Virus record (IMG/VR): IMGVR_UViG_3300048914_000176
Span: 1-64,000 of that record
DNA: 64,000 nt
Strand: one strand, 5' to 3'
Source of the DNA: a virus
This document shows, piece by piece, positions 18,736 through 27,927 of this stretch (the stretch's first letter is position 1; each line of letters starts with the position of its first letter). The position numbers and the translations under genes were made by a program. The notes below the pieces were generated by a model that searched no databases, had not been told where the DNA came from, and was given only the letters and a program-made list of their open reading frames with translations.

Positions 18736-18926
18736 TCACTGTCAGTTGTGCATTGACCTTCATGCACTTTTTTGACAATGATAATTATATGAGAATCACT
18801 CCATTCCTTTGCAGCGGTACTTAGTAAGTATCCGGTATAAATAATAAGTGCGTAATAGAATACTGCAATCACAATCCATTGATATTCAAACCACAGTTTG
18901 ATTAGAGACAATAGTCTATTACGCAT
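18720..18926 (-). CDS. small membrane protein
   Basis: 68 aa with one TM and a C-terminal CTTDSDCEG. Confidence 0.3.
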   Translation of the reverse strand: MRNRLLSLIKLWFEYQWIVIAVFYYALIIYTGYLLSTAAKEWSDSHIIIIVKKVHEGQCTTDSDCEGI

Positions 18927-18944
18927 AGTGATTACTCACTCCAT

Positions 18945-19316
18945 TTAGAAACGAGGCTGTGGAGACGGAATTGGAGGTGCAGCCCTGTTGTTGAGAATGC
19001 TTTTACTAATCAAATACTCGGTAATCGATGAACCTTCAGCTAAACCGATTTTAAGAACATCTCTAATTTGTCTGATTACGCCAATCTTATCGCCGTGATA
19101 GTACGTAGCATTCAACTGTTGAAGTACATCTTCAGGAATGAAGATAGTTTTCGACAAAATAGGAACATCATTTGGAGTGATGTCAATACCTGGTTCAGGA
19201 GCTTCACTCATGAGCTCTAAAGCAACTTCTGGATATCGTTGAATAAAAATTAGTGCGATATCAACCAACTGTTTCGCACTAGCTTCACGAATGAATCGAA
19301 CAACCTTCAGATCCAC
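18945..19316 (-). CDS. hypothetical protein
   Basis: 123 aa ORF. Confidence 0.35.
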   Translation of the reverse strand: MDLKVVRFIREASAKQLVDIALIFIQRYPEVALELMSEAPEPGIDITPNDVPILSKTIFIPEDVLQQLNATYYHGDKIGVIRQIRDVLKIGLAEGSSITEYLISKSILNNRAAPPIPSPQPRF

Positions 19317-19346
19317 AGGATTCTCCTAGTATCAATTGATCGTTAA

Positions 19347-19592
19347 TCAGATTGCTCGCAGCTGACCATTAACACGTTCATACAATCGAATGTTGTAGCG
19401 TCCATCAAAGGTGTTGCTGACATACTCTTCCTTTTCCTTAAGGAAACGAGCCCTATCGGTGCCTACATCAATGACTGAACCATTGACGTGTTGCAGGAAA
19501 TAAATCGGACGACCGAATTTCACTGCATTTTGAATGCCCATAGCTTCAGCTTCATCAGTGCTGGCAATTCGCTTCTCAACTTTGGTTGACAT
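19347..19592 (-). CDS. hypothetical protein
   Basis: 81 aa ORF, first gene of the minus block next to the divergent region. Confidence 0.35.
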   Translation of the reverse strand: MSTKVEKRIASTDEAEAMGIQNAVKFGRPIYFLQHVNGSVIDVGTDRARFLKEKEEYVSNTFDGRYNIRLYERVNGQLRAI

Positions 19593-19664
19593 TTGATCCT
19601 CTACTAGTTAATGACAAAAAACACCACCCACACTAAGATAGGACATCCCTGTTAAGGAGCCGAC

Positions 19665-20516
19665 ATGGCTAATATTGAAGTAATTGATCAGGTCACCGTC
19701 ATTGAAGCGACGGATGAGTCGATCCTTATCGAGATTGGCGGTACGTTTATTGGTGGCTTGACAGGTACTTTAACTGTTGGTCCAGGCTTAACAGGAGGTG
19801 GTTCATTAAATGAACCAGTGACTGTTGCCTTATCTGATATGACTATTGCATCACTTGGTTTAGCTAATACAGCACTACAGCCAGGTGGCAATGTTAGTTC
19901 ATTAATTGATGATGTGGGATTGGTTACTGATGAAGCATTCTTCGAAGTGCTTGATGCACTAGATGTGATGTATCAACCCAAACATCCCACACTAACTTCT
20001 TTAAGTAATCAAGATACCTTTGGTATTCCTGCTTTAATTGGTGGCAACAATGTCGCCATTCGTACTATTACAGGTCAAGCTACTCAAATCACCATTACCA
20101 ATGGTAATGGAAAGGTAGGTGATATCAATATTGCTTTAGCAGCTGAAGTTATAGCTTCACTTGCTAAAGCTGATACTGCTTTACAACCTGGAGAAGTAGC
20201 TTCTACAGAGTTACAAACAACTGCTCTACCTGCGGGAGCAACACATAATCTTAGTATCACAGCAGATGTTGGTTTTCTTGATTTGAACGCTTCTTCAGGA
20301 GCTTCTAATGTCACTGGCATTGAAGCTGGATATGATGGACAAATCATTACTGTTACATCACGTAATGCTTCTAATAACGTTACTCTCAACCGTTTAAATA
20401 CTGGATCATTAGCAGCAAACCGAATTCGTTTATCTTCTGATGTTACGTTATTTCAAGATCAGGGAATTTCTCTTCGTTATTCGACTGCTCTTTCATTGTG
20501 GATACCAATGTCATGA
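19665..20516 (+). CDS. putative tail fibre/appendage protein
   Basis: 283 aa, Gly/Thr/Ala/Asn-rich with a beta-strand-like repeat character. ATGA start-stop coupling to the next fibre gene. Confidence 0.45.
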   Translation: MANIEVIDQVTVIEATDESILIEIGGTFIGGLTGTLTVGPGLTGGGSLNEPVTVALSDMTIASLGLANTALQPGGNVSSLIDDVGLVTDEAFFEVLDALDVMYQPKHPTLTSLSNQDTFGIPALIGGNNVAIRTITGQATQITITNGNGKVGDINIALAAEVIASLAKADTALQPGEVASTELQTTALPAGATHNLSITADVGFLDLNASSGASNVTGIEAGYDGQIITVTSRNASNNVTLNRLNTGSLAANRIRLSSDVTLFQDQGISLRYSTALSLWIPMS

Positions 20517-22009
20517 AAAAGATTGTACTTAGTCTTATGTTTGCAATGCTGCCATTTCTGGCAGTGGGTGATACATTCACTCGTTTCACTCCAGCTACAG
20601 GAATCTTGGTAGGTAATAGCAATTCACCAACTACTACCGCGGCTACATCTGCGAATGTCATTAGCTTATGGAGTGGTACATGTAATGCATCAACTTTATT
20701 GAAAGGTGATGGATCATGTGGAACTGTCTCTAATGGTGTTACAAGCGTTGGTCTTACTGTACCCAGTGGACTTAGTGTTACTGGTTCTCCTATCACTAGC
20801 ACAGGTACGTTTGGTATCACTACAAGTTTGAGTGGTCCTCTTCGTGGCACTGGTTCTGGTTTTGCTACAGCAGCAAGCTCAGACATTATTAGCCTTTGGT
20901 CAGGCACTTGTAACAGCACGACATTTATGCGTGCTGATGGAAGCTGTCAGGCTATTAGTGGTGGAAGTGGCGGTACTGTAACTAGTGTCGGATTGTCGAT
21001 GCCTTCAGGATTTTCTGTCACCAGTTCACCTATCACTACATCTGGGACACTCACTGTTAGCACTACATTAAATGGTGTTCTTCGAGGCACCGGTACAGGT
21101 TTCACCACAGCCTCTTCATCTAACATTATTGGCTTGTGGTCTGGTACTTGTAATAGCAGTACATTTCTTGCTGGTGATGGTAGCTGTACATCTATCAGTG
21201 GAACCACTGCAGCCAATCCTACTGCAACGATTGGTGCTACCGCGGTAAATGGTACAGCTACTACTTATATGCGTAGTGATGCAGCTCCTGCATTACCTGC
21301 TACGTTACCTGCATTATCTGGTGCCAATCTTACTAGCTTGAATGCTAGTAATATTTCTTCAGGTACTCTACCTGTTGCACGAGGTGGTACAGGTGTTACA
21401 ATGAGCACTGGTTCAGGTAGTGTGGTTCTTTCTACATCACCAACATTTACAGGCACCACTACATTAGATACTGTGAATTCTTCAGGCATTATCACTACCA
21501 CTGGTTCAGGATTTTTTGTTGCAAAAGGACAAGCAAGTGCTTATCCAACTGGCTCAGGTAATATGATAATGGATTATGTAGCTTCTCCTGGTTATGGACG
21601 AATTGATGCTACAAACGGAAGCAGTTCTCCTACTGAGCTAAGACTTCAATCAAATGGTGGATCTGCCACTGTTGCAGGATCTGAAATCTGTCGTCAAAAC
21701 GGAGTGGGATGTCCACAAAGATTTGCGTATGCAGATATCTTTGCTAACAGCGGTGGATGTTCTGTGCAAACTGGAGTAGCAAATTCGAATATTGCTTCTT
21801 GTAGTCGATCTAGCTTAGGTAATTTTACAGTTGGTTTCTCTGCAGGAGCTTTCACCAGTAACTCTCCTTTTTGTGTAGTGAATACACAAGTTGGTTCTTA
21901 TCAACCAACTGTTGCTGCTGGCCCTCCAGGAACAGTAGCATCTGTATCTACATATAATAATAGTGGTGGAGCAGCTGATACTTCTTTCAGAATCATGTGT
22001 ATTGGATAA
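20513..22009 (+). CDS. putative tail fibre / receptor-binding protein with 3 internal ~80-aa repeats and signal-peptide-like N-terminus
   Basis: MKKIVLSLMFAMLPFLAVG. Three repeats of IISLWSGTCN..GDGSC..VTSVGL..PSG.SVT.SPIT..GT. Cys-rich C-terminus. Followed by a strong terminator. Confidence 0.5.
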   Translation: MKKIVLSLMFAMLPFLAVGDTFTRFTPATGILVGNSNSPTTTAATSANVISLWSGTCNASTLLKGDGSCGTVSNGVTSVGLTVPSGLSVTGSPITSTGTFGITTSLSGPLRGTGSGFATAASSDIISLWSGTCNSTTFMRADGSCQAISGGSGGTVTSVGLSMPSGFSVTSSPITTSGTLTVSTTLNGVLRGTGTGFTTASSSNIIGLWSGTCNSSTFLAGDGSCTSISGTTAANPTATIGATAVNGTATTYMRSDAAPALPATLPALSGANLTSLNASNISSGTLPVARGGTGVTMSTGSGSVVLSTSPTFTGTTTLDTVNSSGIITTTGSGFFVAKGQASAYPTGSGNMIMDYVASPGYGRIDATNGSSSPTELRLQSNGGSATVAGSEICRQNGVGCPQRFAYADIFANSGGCSVQTGVANSNIASCSRSSLGNFTVGFSAGAFTSNSPFCVVNTQVGSYQPTVAAGPPGTVASVSTYNNSGGAADTSFRIMCIG

Positions 22010-22041
22010 AAAAAAAGCCGCTCAGAAATGAGCGGCTTTTT
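22007..22041. terminator. bidirectional rho-independent terminator
   Basis: A9 run, then GCCGCTCA gaaa TGAGCGGC, then T5. Sits between convergent genes. Confidence 0.75.
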
Positions 22042-22183
22042 CATTTGTGTTGAGGTTGTAAGAAATTACAAACACCATCAACTATCATAACAATGATGTT
22101 GAGTAGTGATAAACCCAACATCAACCATATCGGTAGATACATAATCAGTATTACCGTTAAAGCACAAATCAACAAAAATGTAA

Positions 22184-22402
22184 TCATTCATGTTCCGTTC
22201 TAGCTATCGCATCGTTTATACGTTGAGTGAGTTCAATGTCAGACCAGCTGTAAATAAGATCTTCGATCTGCAGCTCGTCTTTTTCATTGTCCATTAGAAA
22301 TGGGAGTTCTTCAAAAACTGTTTCATGTAGCATCACTGCTTCCTCGATGGAGGTGTACACATGCTTTACGCAGCAAATTGTTATTAAGTTCAACCTCATC
22401 AA
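22184..22402 (-). CDS. small hypothetical protein (tandem paralog 1)
   Basis: C-terminus LIYSWSDIELTQRINDAIARTEHE matches that of 22462..22647. The true start may be the internal MLHETVF. Confidence 0.4.
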   Translation of the reverse strand: MMRLNLITICCVKHVYTSIEEAVMLHETVFEELPFLMDNEKDELQIEDLIYSWSDIELTQRINDAIARTEHE

Positions 22403-22461
22403 ACTTATTTTTGATGAGGTAATTGATTTCTCTATATCAACGTGGTTTCAACAACCACAAA

Positions 22462-22647
22462 TTAAGATTCTTGCGAACGAGCTAATGCATCATTGATACG
22501 TTGAATAAGCTCAACGTTGGTCCAGCTATTCATTATGTCTTCGACATAACTTTGTCGAAGTTGTTGAGTTTCCTTACTAGACTCACCTATGATTTGTGGA
22601 CCTTCATTGAGTACTTGATCGAACATCGAATCAAATAAGCCTGTCAC
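22462..22647 (-). CDS. small hypothetical protein (tandem paralog 2)
   Basis: C-terminus IMNSWTNVELIQRINDALARSQES. Confidence 0.4.
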   Translation of the reverse strand: MTGLFDSMFDQVLNEGPQIIGESSKETQQLRQSYVEDIMNSWTNVELIQRINDALARSQES

Positions 22648-23075
22648 GATCTACCTCCACATACTTTACAGTTTTTGGTAAGACAAAAATCTATTGAAGG
22701 ACCAGTGAGTTTATTGGTTTCTTTGAAACGCATCTCCTCTTCGATTCTGAATACACCATCTACAGATGTTTGCAGTTCTTTCAGATGTTGTTCATTACGA
22801 ACATCAACATATACATCTTGCCATTCATGGCTGGATTTAAAGAGAGCTTTGAAAGCAACTCGAATTAGTGATGTCTGTTCGACATACTCAAGTTCTTGGG
22901 CTTTAGCCCATGCTTGCGCTTCAACTATAGCTTCTTCTTTAGTGTCATATCTGCTATGGCCTGTTTGCCACGGCTCTGTCTCGCCTTCAGGATTACACCA
23001 ATACATTACTGCGTACCAGGTAATGTATCCCTTGGCAGTCGAAATGTATGGTTTATGCCTTTCAATGCACATCAA
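22644..23075 (-). CDS. hypothetical protein
   Basis: 143 aa ending in CKVCGG. Confidence 0.35.
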   Translation of the reverse strand: MMCIERHKPYISTAKGYITWYAVMYWCNPEGETEPWQTGHSRYDTKEEAIVEAQAWAKAQELEYVEQTSLIRVAFKALFKSSHEWQDVYVDVRNEQHLKELQTSVDGVFRIEEEMRFKETNKLTGPSIDFCLTKNCKVCGGRS

Positions 23076-23147
23076 TATCTCCTATTAAGGTTTATATTAA
23101 CCCCAATGCAAGGCAGTCCTTAGCTTTTACACTAAGGACTGCATTAA

Positions 23148-24293
23148 TTAGCATATGAGGTAAGATGACTTGAGGACTTGAGCTTTAAGTGCACTTCTCT
23201 TTGACTCATCGTCATTGATTTTGCCTTCGTAGCCCAACTGCGTGAGTATCCACCACGCACTCTTCGAATAGGCCAGATCGGCCATTACTTCACGCACAAT
23301 CTGAAATAGATCAGAGGCATCTGTTGCCCTCACTCGATAACAATCGTGAATAGGCTGAATGTACATGCTTGAAGTTGTATGACGGTTATACACTTCTTGT
23401 TGTAATTCCAATGGCACCAAATGTTGATTAGATTCATCAACATACTGAAGGAATTCAAAGGATAGAAATTGAGAACGTTGCCAACGCAGAATACTCTGCA
23501 TTAAGGCAATGTCTTTTTCTCTAAGTACTTCGAATGGTGTTAATTGACTTGGTAAATACCATTGATGATTACAATTGGTGCGACGTAACACTTCACGTAA
23601 CACCAATGCATCCAAGCTGTGAGTGACATTGGCTGTCAATCCTTTCGTAGCCACTTCAGCTTTACGATGCTCTATCCATTCCATATTCATTCCACCGATA
23701 TCCATCGAGCAATTAATAGGCGTAGTGACGTCCATATTCACTTTGAAGCCATCCATCATGGTCCAACCGTAGAAATCTTTGAATTTCATACAGCTGGCAA
23801 TGGCTTCTTTCAATGCCCAAGGTCCAGGCAGCATCTGTTGAGCAGCATTTACAAACTTGTCGTAGTCATCCCCGAATAAATTCAAAGGAGTGGCGACAGA
23901 TTCATAGAAGCTAGTCATTAAAGCTTTCTTGACCTTTTCATATGGGTATTGGCTACCCATTTGATCTTGCACAGTTTTGTACGGATTACGGATGTCATAC
24001 GTACCAAGATTCACAGCGAATGCACTTTGTGAGTCCTGTGCCATTAAGGCTAAACATTGAATACCACTGGCTGTGGCATCCAAGCTAATCAAATGATCAA
24101 CTGGTAAGCCCCATGAAGCTCTATCGCATGCTTCTTGAGCTGATTTGTACAGGAAAGGCTCCTTAGCACCCTCCTGTAAAGTAGGATGGTTATGAGCCCA
24201 CGCCAAACGTTCTGCCCATGAAGCTTTGTCAAGTCCGTAGCTACGAGCCATGTCCATTTCTAACCACTGACGTGGGGTGAAATTCATGATCAA
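23148..24293 (-). CDS. T7-like single-subunit RNA polymerase, catalytic (large) subunit; N4 RNAPII gp16-like
   Basis: DATASGIQCLALMAQDSQSAFAVNLGTY...TVQD aligns with T7 RNAP motif A (DGSCSGIQHFSAMLRD..AVNL...TVQD). Motif C-like IHDCYR. Confidence 0.8.
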   Translation of the reverse strand: MIMNFTPRQWLEMDMARSYGLDKASWAERLAWAHNHPTLQEGAKEPFLYKSAQEACDRASWGLPVDHLISLDATASGIQCLALMAQDSQSAFAVNLGTYDIRNPYKTVQDQMGSQYPYEKVKKALMTSFYESVATPLNLFGDDYDKFVNAAQQMLPGPWALKEAIASCMKFKDFYGWTMMDGFKVNMDVTTPINCSMDIGGMNMEWIEHRKAEVATKGLTANVTHSLDALVLREVLRRTNCNHQWYLPSQLTPFEVLREKDIALMQSILRWQRSQFLSFEFLQYVDESNQHLVPLELQQEVYNRHTTSSMYIQPIHDCYRVRATDASDLFQIVREVMADLAYSKSAWWILTQLGYEGKINDDESKRSALKAQVLKSSYLIC

Positions 24294-24862
24294 TCTCCAA
24301 TGACGTAAGGTAGTGAACGGATTAGTGATTTCTGAAAATCAGTTCCTTGATACGTGAGGATGTGCCCTTTCGGGTATATCCGACCACGAAAATCAAAGAA
24401 GTGACCGAGATGAAATACATCTCCTGGCTTCAGCGTCATACGCATCCATTGCAACTGGAAGTCGCGATTGATGTGCACGCTGCTCTCATAGTTGAAATCA
24501 GCACCAACAACATGTTCCATGTTATTGAGAATGCTGAGAATTGGATCATCAGTGTCTTCAGGTTGGCTCAATGGAGTTTCATTAAACACAACCTGTTTTT
24601 CTCTAGCCCAAATGGCTTTGAGATCAGTGAATAGCTTTTTCTGGGTGAGCAAGCTTTCGAGTGCTGCAAGGAATCCAGGCTTCCTTGCGAATATCGGGAA
24701 TAGCTCAACTAATGAGCATCGACCGCGGACATAAACATAATGAAAAATGTCCTGACCTATACCTTCAGCAATAGCAGGACTTGTTTGAGCATCAATTCGA
24801 AGGTGTTCCACGATTCTCTCCTGGAATAAAACGAGGCATGTTGCGCGTATGATCCCAGCCAC
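24290..24862 (-). CDS. T7-like RNA polymerase small subunit (N-terminal part of the split RNAP); N4 RNAPII gp15-like
   Basis: HFFDFRGRIYPKGHILTYQGTDFQKSL aligns with T7 RNAP DWRGRVYAVSMFNPQGNDMTKGL. Start-stop coupled to the large subunit. Confidence 0.7.
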   Translation of the reverse strand: MAGIIRATCLVLFQERIVEHLRIDAQTSPAIAEGIGQDIFHYVYVRGRCSLVELFPIFARKPGFLAALESLLTQKKLFTDLKAIWAREKQVVFNETPLSQPEDTDDPILSILNNMEHVVGADFNYESSVHINRDFQLQWMRMTLKPGDVFHLGHFFDFRGRIYPKGHILTYQGTDFQKSLIRSLPYVIGD

Positions 24863-24980
24863 ATAATTTGTGGCCTATTTCACCTACCTTGGTGCAATTA
24901 CAACGATCCAAATCATCTTGTTCTGGAGCACAGCCTACGGCTGCTTCAAACTTTTCAGCTGTAATCATTGGTTATCCCTC

Positions 24981-25016
24981 AATAAAAACCGAAGCCTCCG
25001 AAGTGGAGGCTTTGGG
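24981..25016 (-). terminator. hairpin with U-tract on minus strand (terminator or vRNAP-type hairpin element)
   Basis: CCGAAGCCTCC gaagt GGAGGCTTtGG. On the minus strand it is followed by CGGTTTTTATT. Lies between the 25036 gene and the RNAPII genes. Confidence 0.5.
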
Positions 25017-25035
25017 CTTTACTTGAATAACCTGT

Positions 25036-25263
25036 TCATTTAAGGATGACGTAGCCTAAGTAAAGAGCCATTGTCATGGCCCATAAACCGCCAACGATGA
25101 TGCCAATACGAACTTGTTGCTGAAGCGTAAGACCACGCTTGCGCTTGATTGGATAGTGAGTGCCAACGAGTGAGCTGCGCCATTCATTAGGAGCAACACG
25201 TCGAGCGTCTTGATAAGGCATGAATGTTCTCCGAACAACTTTAATGAGACTGGAGCCCACCAT
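25036..25263 (-). CDS. small membrane protein
   Basis: 75 aa with C-terminal TM (IGIIVGGLWAMTMALYLGYVIL). Confidence 0.35.
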   Translation of the reverse strand: MVGSSLIKVVRRTFMPYQDARRVAPNEWRSSLVGTHYPIKRKRGLTLQQQVRIGIIVGGLWAMTMALYLGYVILK

Positions 25264-25294
25264 TACGGTGAGCCCCAGAGCTAAATTGAGTGAA

Positions 25295-25624
25295 TTAGAC
25301 CTGCGGCGTTGCCAGCGTGGCCTTCATTGCAGCCAGCGCAGAGCTGAGTGCAGATGGAGCACGACGGCTGAAAGTGAGACCACTGACAGTGATTGGCTTA
25401 TCGCCATTCAATGTCAGCAACTCGTTCACTTCTTTTGCCTGGGATTCATGCAAACCCCATTCGTTGATGGTGAAGTCACCGGCTTTGATATCGATGCCGT
25501 AAGTGACACGTTTAGCATTCGGCTTGCCAGCCTGTTCGACGATAGACATTAAGTATCTCCTGAGTTGCAACTGAGTTGTGATGCAGGACGCATCGAACAG
25601 CAGTGATGGAATGTGATAAGTCAA
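25295..25624 (-). CDS. hypothetical protein
   Basis: 109 aa. The likely start is the internal MSIVEQ. Confidence 0.35.
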   Translation of the reverse strand: MTYHIPSLLFDASCITTQLQLRRYLMSIVEQAGKPNAKRVTYGIDIKAGDFTINEWGLHESQAKEVNELLTLNGDKPITVSGLTFSRRAPSALSSALAAMKATLATPQV

Positions 25625-25706
25625 GACTAAATACTTGTGACTTACTTACAGAGTCCTCACCGCTGGTCGATAAGCCCTTGGGTTATCTTATGTAGGAAAG
25701 GCCAGC

Positions 25707-25922
25707 TTATTCAGCTGGCAATTCCAATGTGATGGAGTCGTACTGCTGCTTCAGTACAGCGTCACCGCTGAGCTGATCAGCAATGTCCTTATAGACATGT
25801 GCAACTTCCATCTTTACTTGCTTAGGACGAATGAGCTTAGCTTTCTGCAATTGGATGCTGTTCTCGAGACGAACACGCTGCGAGAAGCCATTGATAAGTT
25901 CACGAAACATGTGAGTCTCCAT
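25707..25922 (-). CDS. hypothetical protein
   Basis: 71 aa ORF. Confidence 0.3.
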   Translation of the reverse strand: METHMFRELINGFSQRVRLENSIQLQKAKLIRPKQVKMEVAHVYKDIADQLSGDAVLKQQYDSITLELPAE

Positions 25923-26237
25923 AGGTTGATGATGGGCAAAGGTAATAGTGCTGATGGCCCATAGCTATTACTGGGAGCCTGACAGTGCCCACTAGCCGCG
26001 TAGCGGCGTGTAAGGTGTATGGGGGGGGTGTATTTAGTTAACACAGTCCCCAACACCAAAAGACATCTCACATTAAATTTTAAGCTCAATAATTATTTCA
26101 TTAAGCTTAAAAATATCTGGGTTCTTAGTCTTACTGCAGGAGGGGAGCGTAACGTCAACTTTGTGACGTTAGCGAGGGAACCTGTTGCGGTTCCCTATGA
26201 AGACGAGGTGGTAACAGTCTTGTGGCTGCTGCTCTTG

Positions 26238-26266
26238 TGGGGAGGTTCTCAAGGAGGGGTTTTCTT
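26238..26266 (+). promoter_or_regulatory. conserved late-block motif, copy 1 (GGGGAGGTTCTCAAGGAGGGGTTTTCTTG)
   Basis: Shares GAGGTTC-N-A(A/G)G(G/A)A with the copies at 27814 and 28295. It is ~100 bp upstream of the first late gene, and TAAGCTTAA lies ~140 bp further upstream. Confidence 0.35.
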
Positions 26267-26365
26267 GTCAATACTGTTCTTTTATACAGCAAGTAAATTC
26301 TGGGTATAGTAACGAAGGAGAGAGTCCGCTACTCTCACACTTCTTTAAGACAAAGGAACACTTTA

Positions 26366-27805
26366 ATGTACCTACCAGATAAACTCATTGGACTTGGACG
26401 TAAGTCACTTTCTTTGAACGATAAGTTTGGAGATGTGATTGCTGGTATTCAGCCTTCATATGAGTATGCTTTTGGAAGTAGTGCAATTGCTGCACACAGT
26501 AAGGCAGTGGCTGTTCGTAACATCGATCAGATGGCTGAGCACTTTAATCCATTTCAGTCGTTTGCTCGAACCACAATTATCAACTCCGAGATGCAGCATT
26601 ATCAGGACTTCAATTCGGACAATCATGGCTTTCAAGCTGATCGACTTGATATCTGGGGTAGGCTTCCTGGTGGGTCGTGGGATACACAGACGACGCAGGG
26701 TGGTGCCACTCCAATTAACTTGAACGGTACTCCTACGGCCATTGCTGCTCTTGGTTTAACTACTACAGCTGGAAAGCGAGTTGGTCAGCTGGTGGGTGTG
26801 CAGTTCAAAGGTACCTACTACATTTCTGCGATAGTGGATGATGTTTCTATTACCTTGACGCAGTTGGGTGGTTCGCCTACTACGGCACAAACTGGCAACA
26901 TGATTATGTGGTTGCCGATCGATTCAGCACCATTGTCGGTTGCTCTTGCTGGTGGCGCACAAACTATGACGTTTGCAGCATTGCCTCCGGGTGCTGTCGT
27001 AGGTGCTTCTATTGGTTATGCAACATCAACGGCACCGCGGAATGCTAACAACGATTATCGAATTGCTTCAATTTTGGGCAACACGATTACGTTGAACAGA
27101 GCTACCAACTTCGGAAATCTAGCCAGCGGTACGCGCATTATCTTTAGTCCGCTGATTACATCTGGGCAGATTTGGACCCAGCGAATGTATGACCTTACGA
27201 ATCCACAGGGATTCTTTGCAATCGATGCAGAGTTGGAGCTGTATCAAGGTGCAACCATTGTTGACACTCGATTGATGAATGTGGCCAACACTTTCAATGC
27301 AATGGACCCAACAGTTCCGATGGGTGCATGGCCTTCGTTCTGGATCTATGGCGGTGACTTCTATGGCGATGGAGGGGGTCAGCATAGTTTGAACAGTTCG
27401 GAAGTGGACGTGTTCGAAAACTACTATTCCACTACGATTGGTCCTCGTAGTTTGGTGATGAACAATGCCAATGGTGGTACTGCAACGCTGTTCAGTAAAA
27501 ATAATGCGGGATGGAGTGCATCATCCGGTGTTTATCTGAAGAGTACGCCAATCACTGGCCCACGACGCTTCTCACTTGTGATGGCTAATGGTCGTACCTA
27601 TCGATATGTTGATAGTGAGCTGATCAAGATGGATAGGTTTGAGTGGGTATCTCAGGCGCCAGTGCAGATCGGACTCAACCTTGCATGTGCAACTATCGCA
27701 ACTGGTAACGGTGGAGCCAACTTGGGTATTCCCCGTGGACCTGGGTCATTCACTGGTATGCGATTGGGTGTGAAAAATCTGAAGATCTGGCATAGCGCTG
27801 ACTGA
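26366..27805 (+). CDS. virion-associated glycoside-hydrolase-like protein (GH16-like jelly-roll domain; putative polysaccharide depolymerase)
   Basis: C-terminal AWPSFWIYGG ... SSEVDVFENY matches the GH16 WPAFW and ExDxxE catalytic motifs with the right spacing. Confidence 0.45.
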   Translation: MYLPDKLIGLGRKSLSLNDKFGDVIAGIQPSYEYAFGSSAIAAHSKAVAVRNIDQMAEHFNPFQSFARTTIINSEMQHYQDFNSDNHGFQADRLDIWGRLPGGSWDTQTTQGGATPINLNGTPTAIAALGLTTTAGKRVGQLVGVQFKGTYYISAIVDDVSITLTQLGGSPTTAQTGNMIMWLPIDSAPLSVALAGGAQTMTFAALPPGAVVGASIGYATSTAPRNANNDYRIASILGNTITLNRATNFGNLASGTRIIFSPLITSGQIWTQRMYDLTNPQGFFAIDAELELYQGATIVDTRLMNVANTFNAMDPTVPMGAWPSFWIYGGDFYGDGGGQHSLNSSEVDVFENYYSTTIGPRSLVMNNANGGTATLFSKNNAGWSASSGVYLKSTPITGPRRFSLVMANGRTYRYVDSELIKMDRFEWVSQAPVQIGLNLACATIATGNGGANLGIPRGPGSFTGMRLGVKNLKIWHSAD

Positions 27806-27813
27806 TGTAGGAA

Positions 27814-27864
27814 AGGTGAGGTTCAAGGATGGGCCTCACCCCCTCTAATAGCTTAATGAAATCT
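27814..27864 (+). promoter_or_regulatory. conserved late-block motif, copy 2: hairpin AGGTGAGGTTCAAGGATGGGCCTCACC + TAGCTTAATGAAATCT
   Basis: Near-identical architecture to the copy at 28295..28345, but without a U-tract. Confidence 0.4.
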
Positions 27865-27927
27865 GCACTAGAATCGATAAGGATAATAATGTAGCCTCAT
27901 AACTCATCAACATAAGTGAGGTGGGTT

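Noticed and set aside
20443-21501. Several Pro/Val-rich minus-strand ORFs (20443..20919, 20947..21216, 21265..21501)
   Set aside because: Antisense to the Gly/Thr/Ser-rich fibre gene; their composition mirrors it.
19593-22183. Invertible host-range segment flanking the fibre cassette
   Set aside because: No inverted repeats of meaningful length at the two boundaries and no Gin/Cin-type invertase nearby; only a weak direct ACAAACACCA similarity.
26010-26030. G8 homopolymer tract (GGGGGGGG) in the divergent intergenic region
   Set aside because: A single short tract; it could be a slippage site, but nothing in the sequence supports a function.
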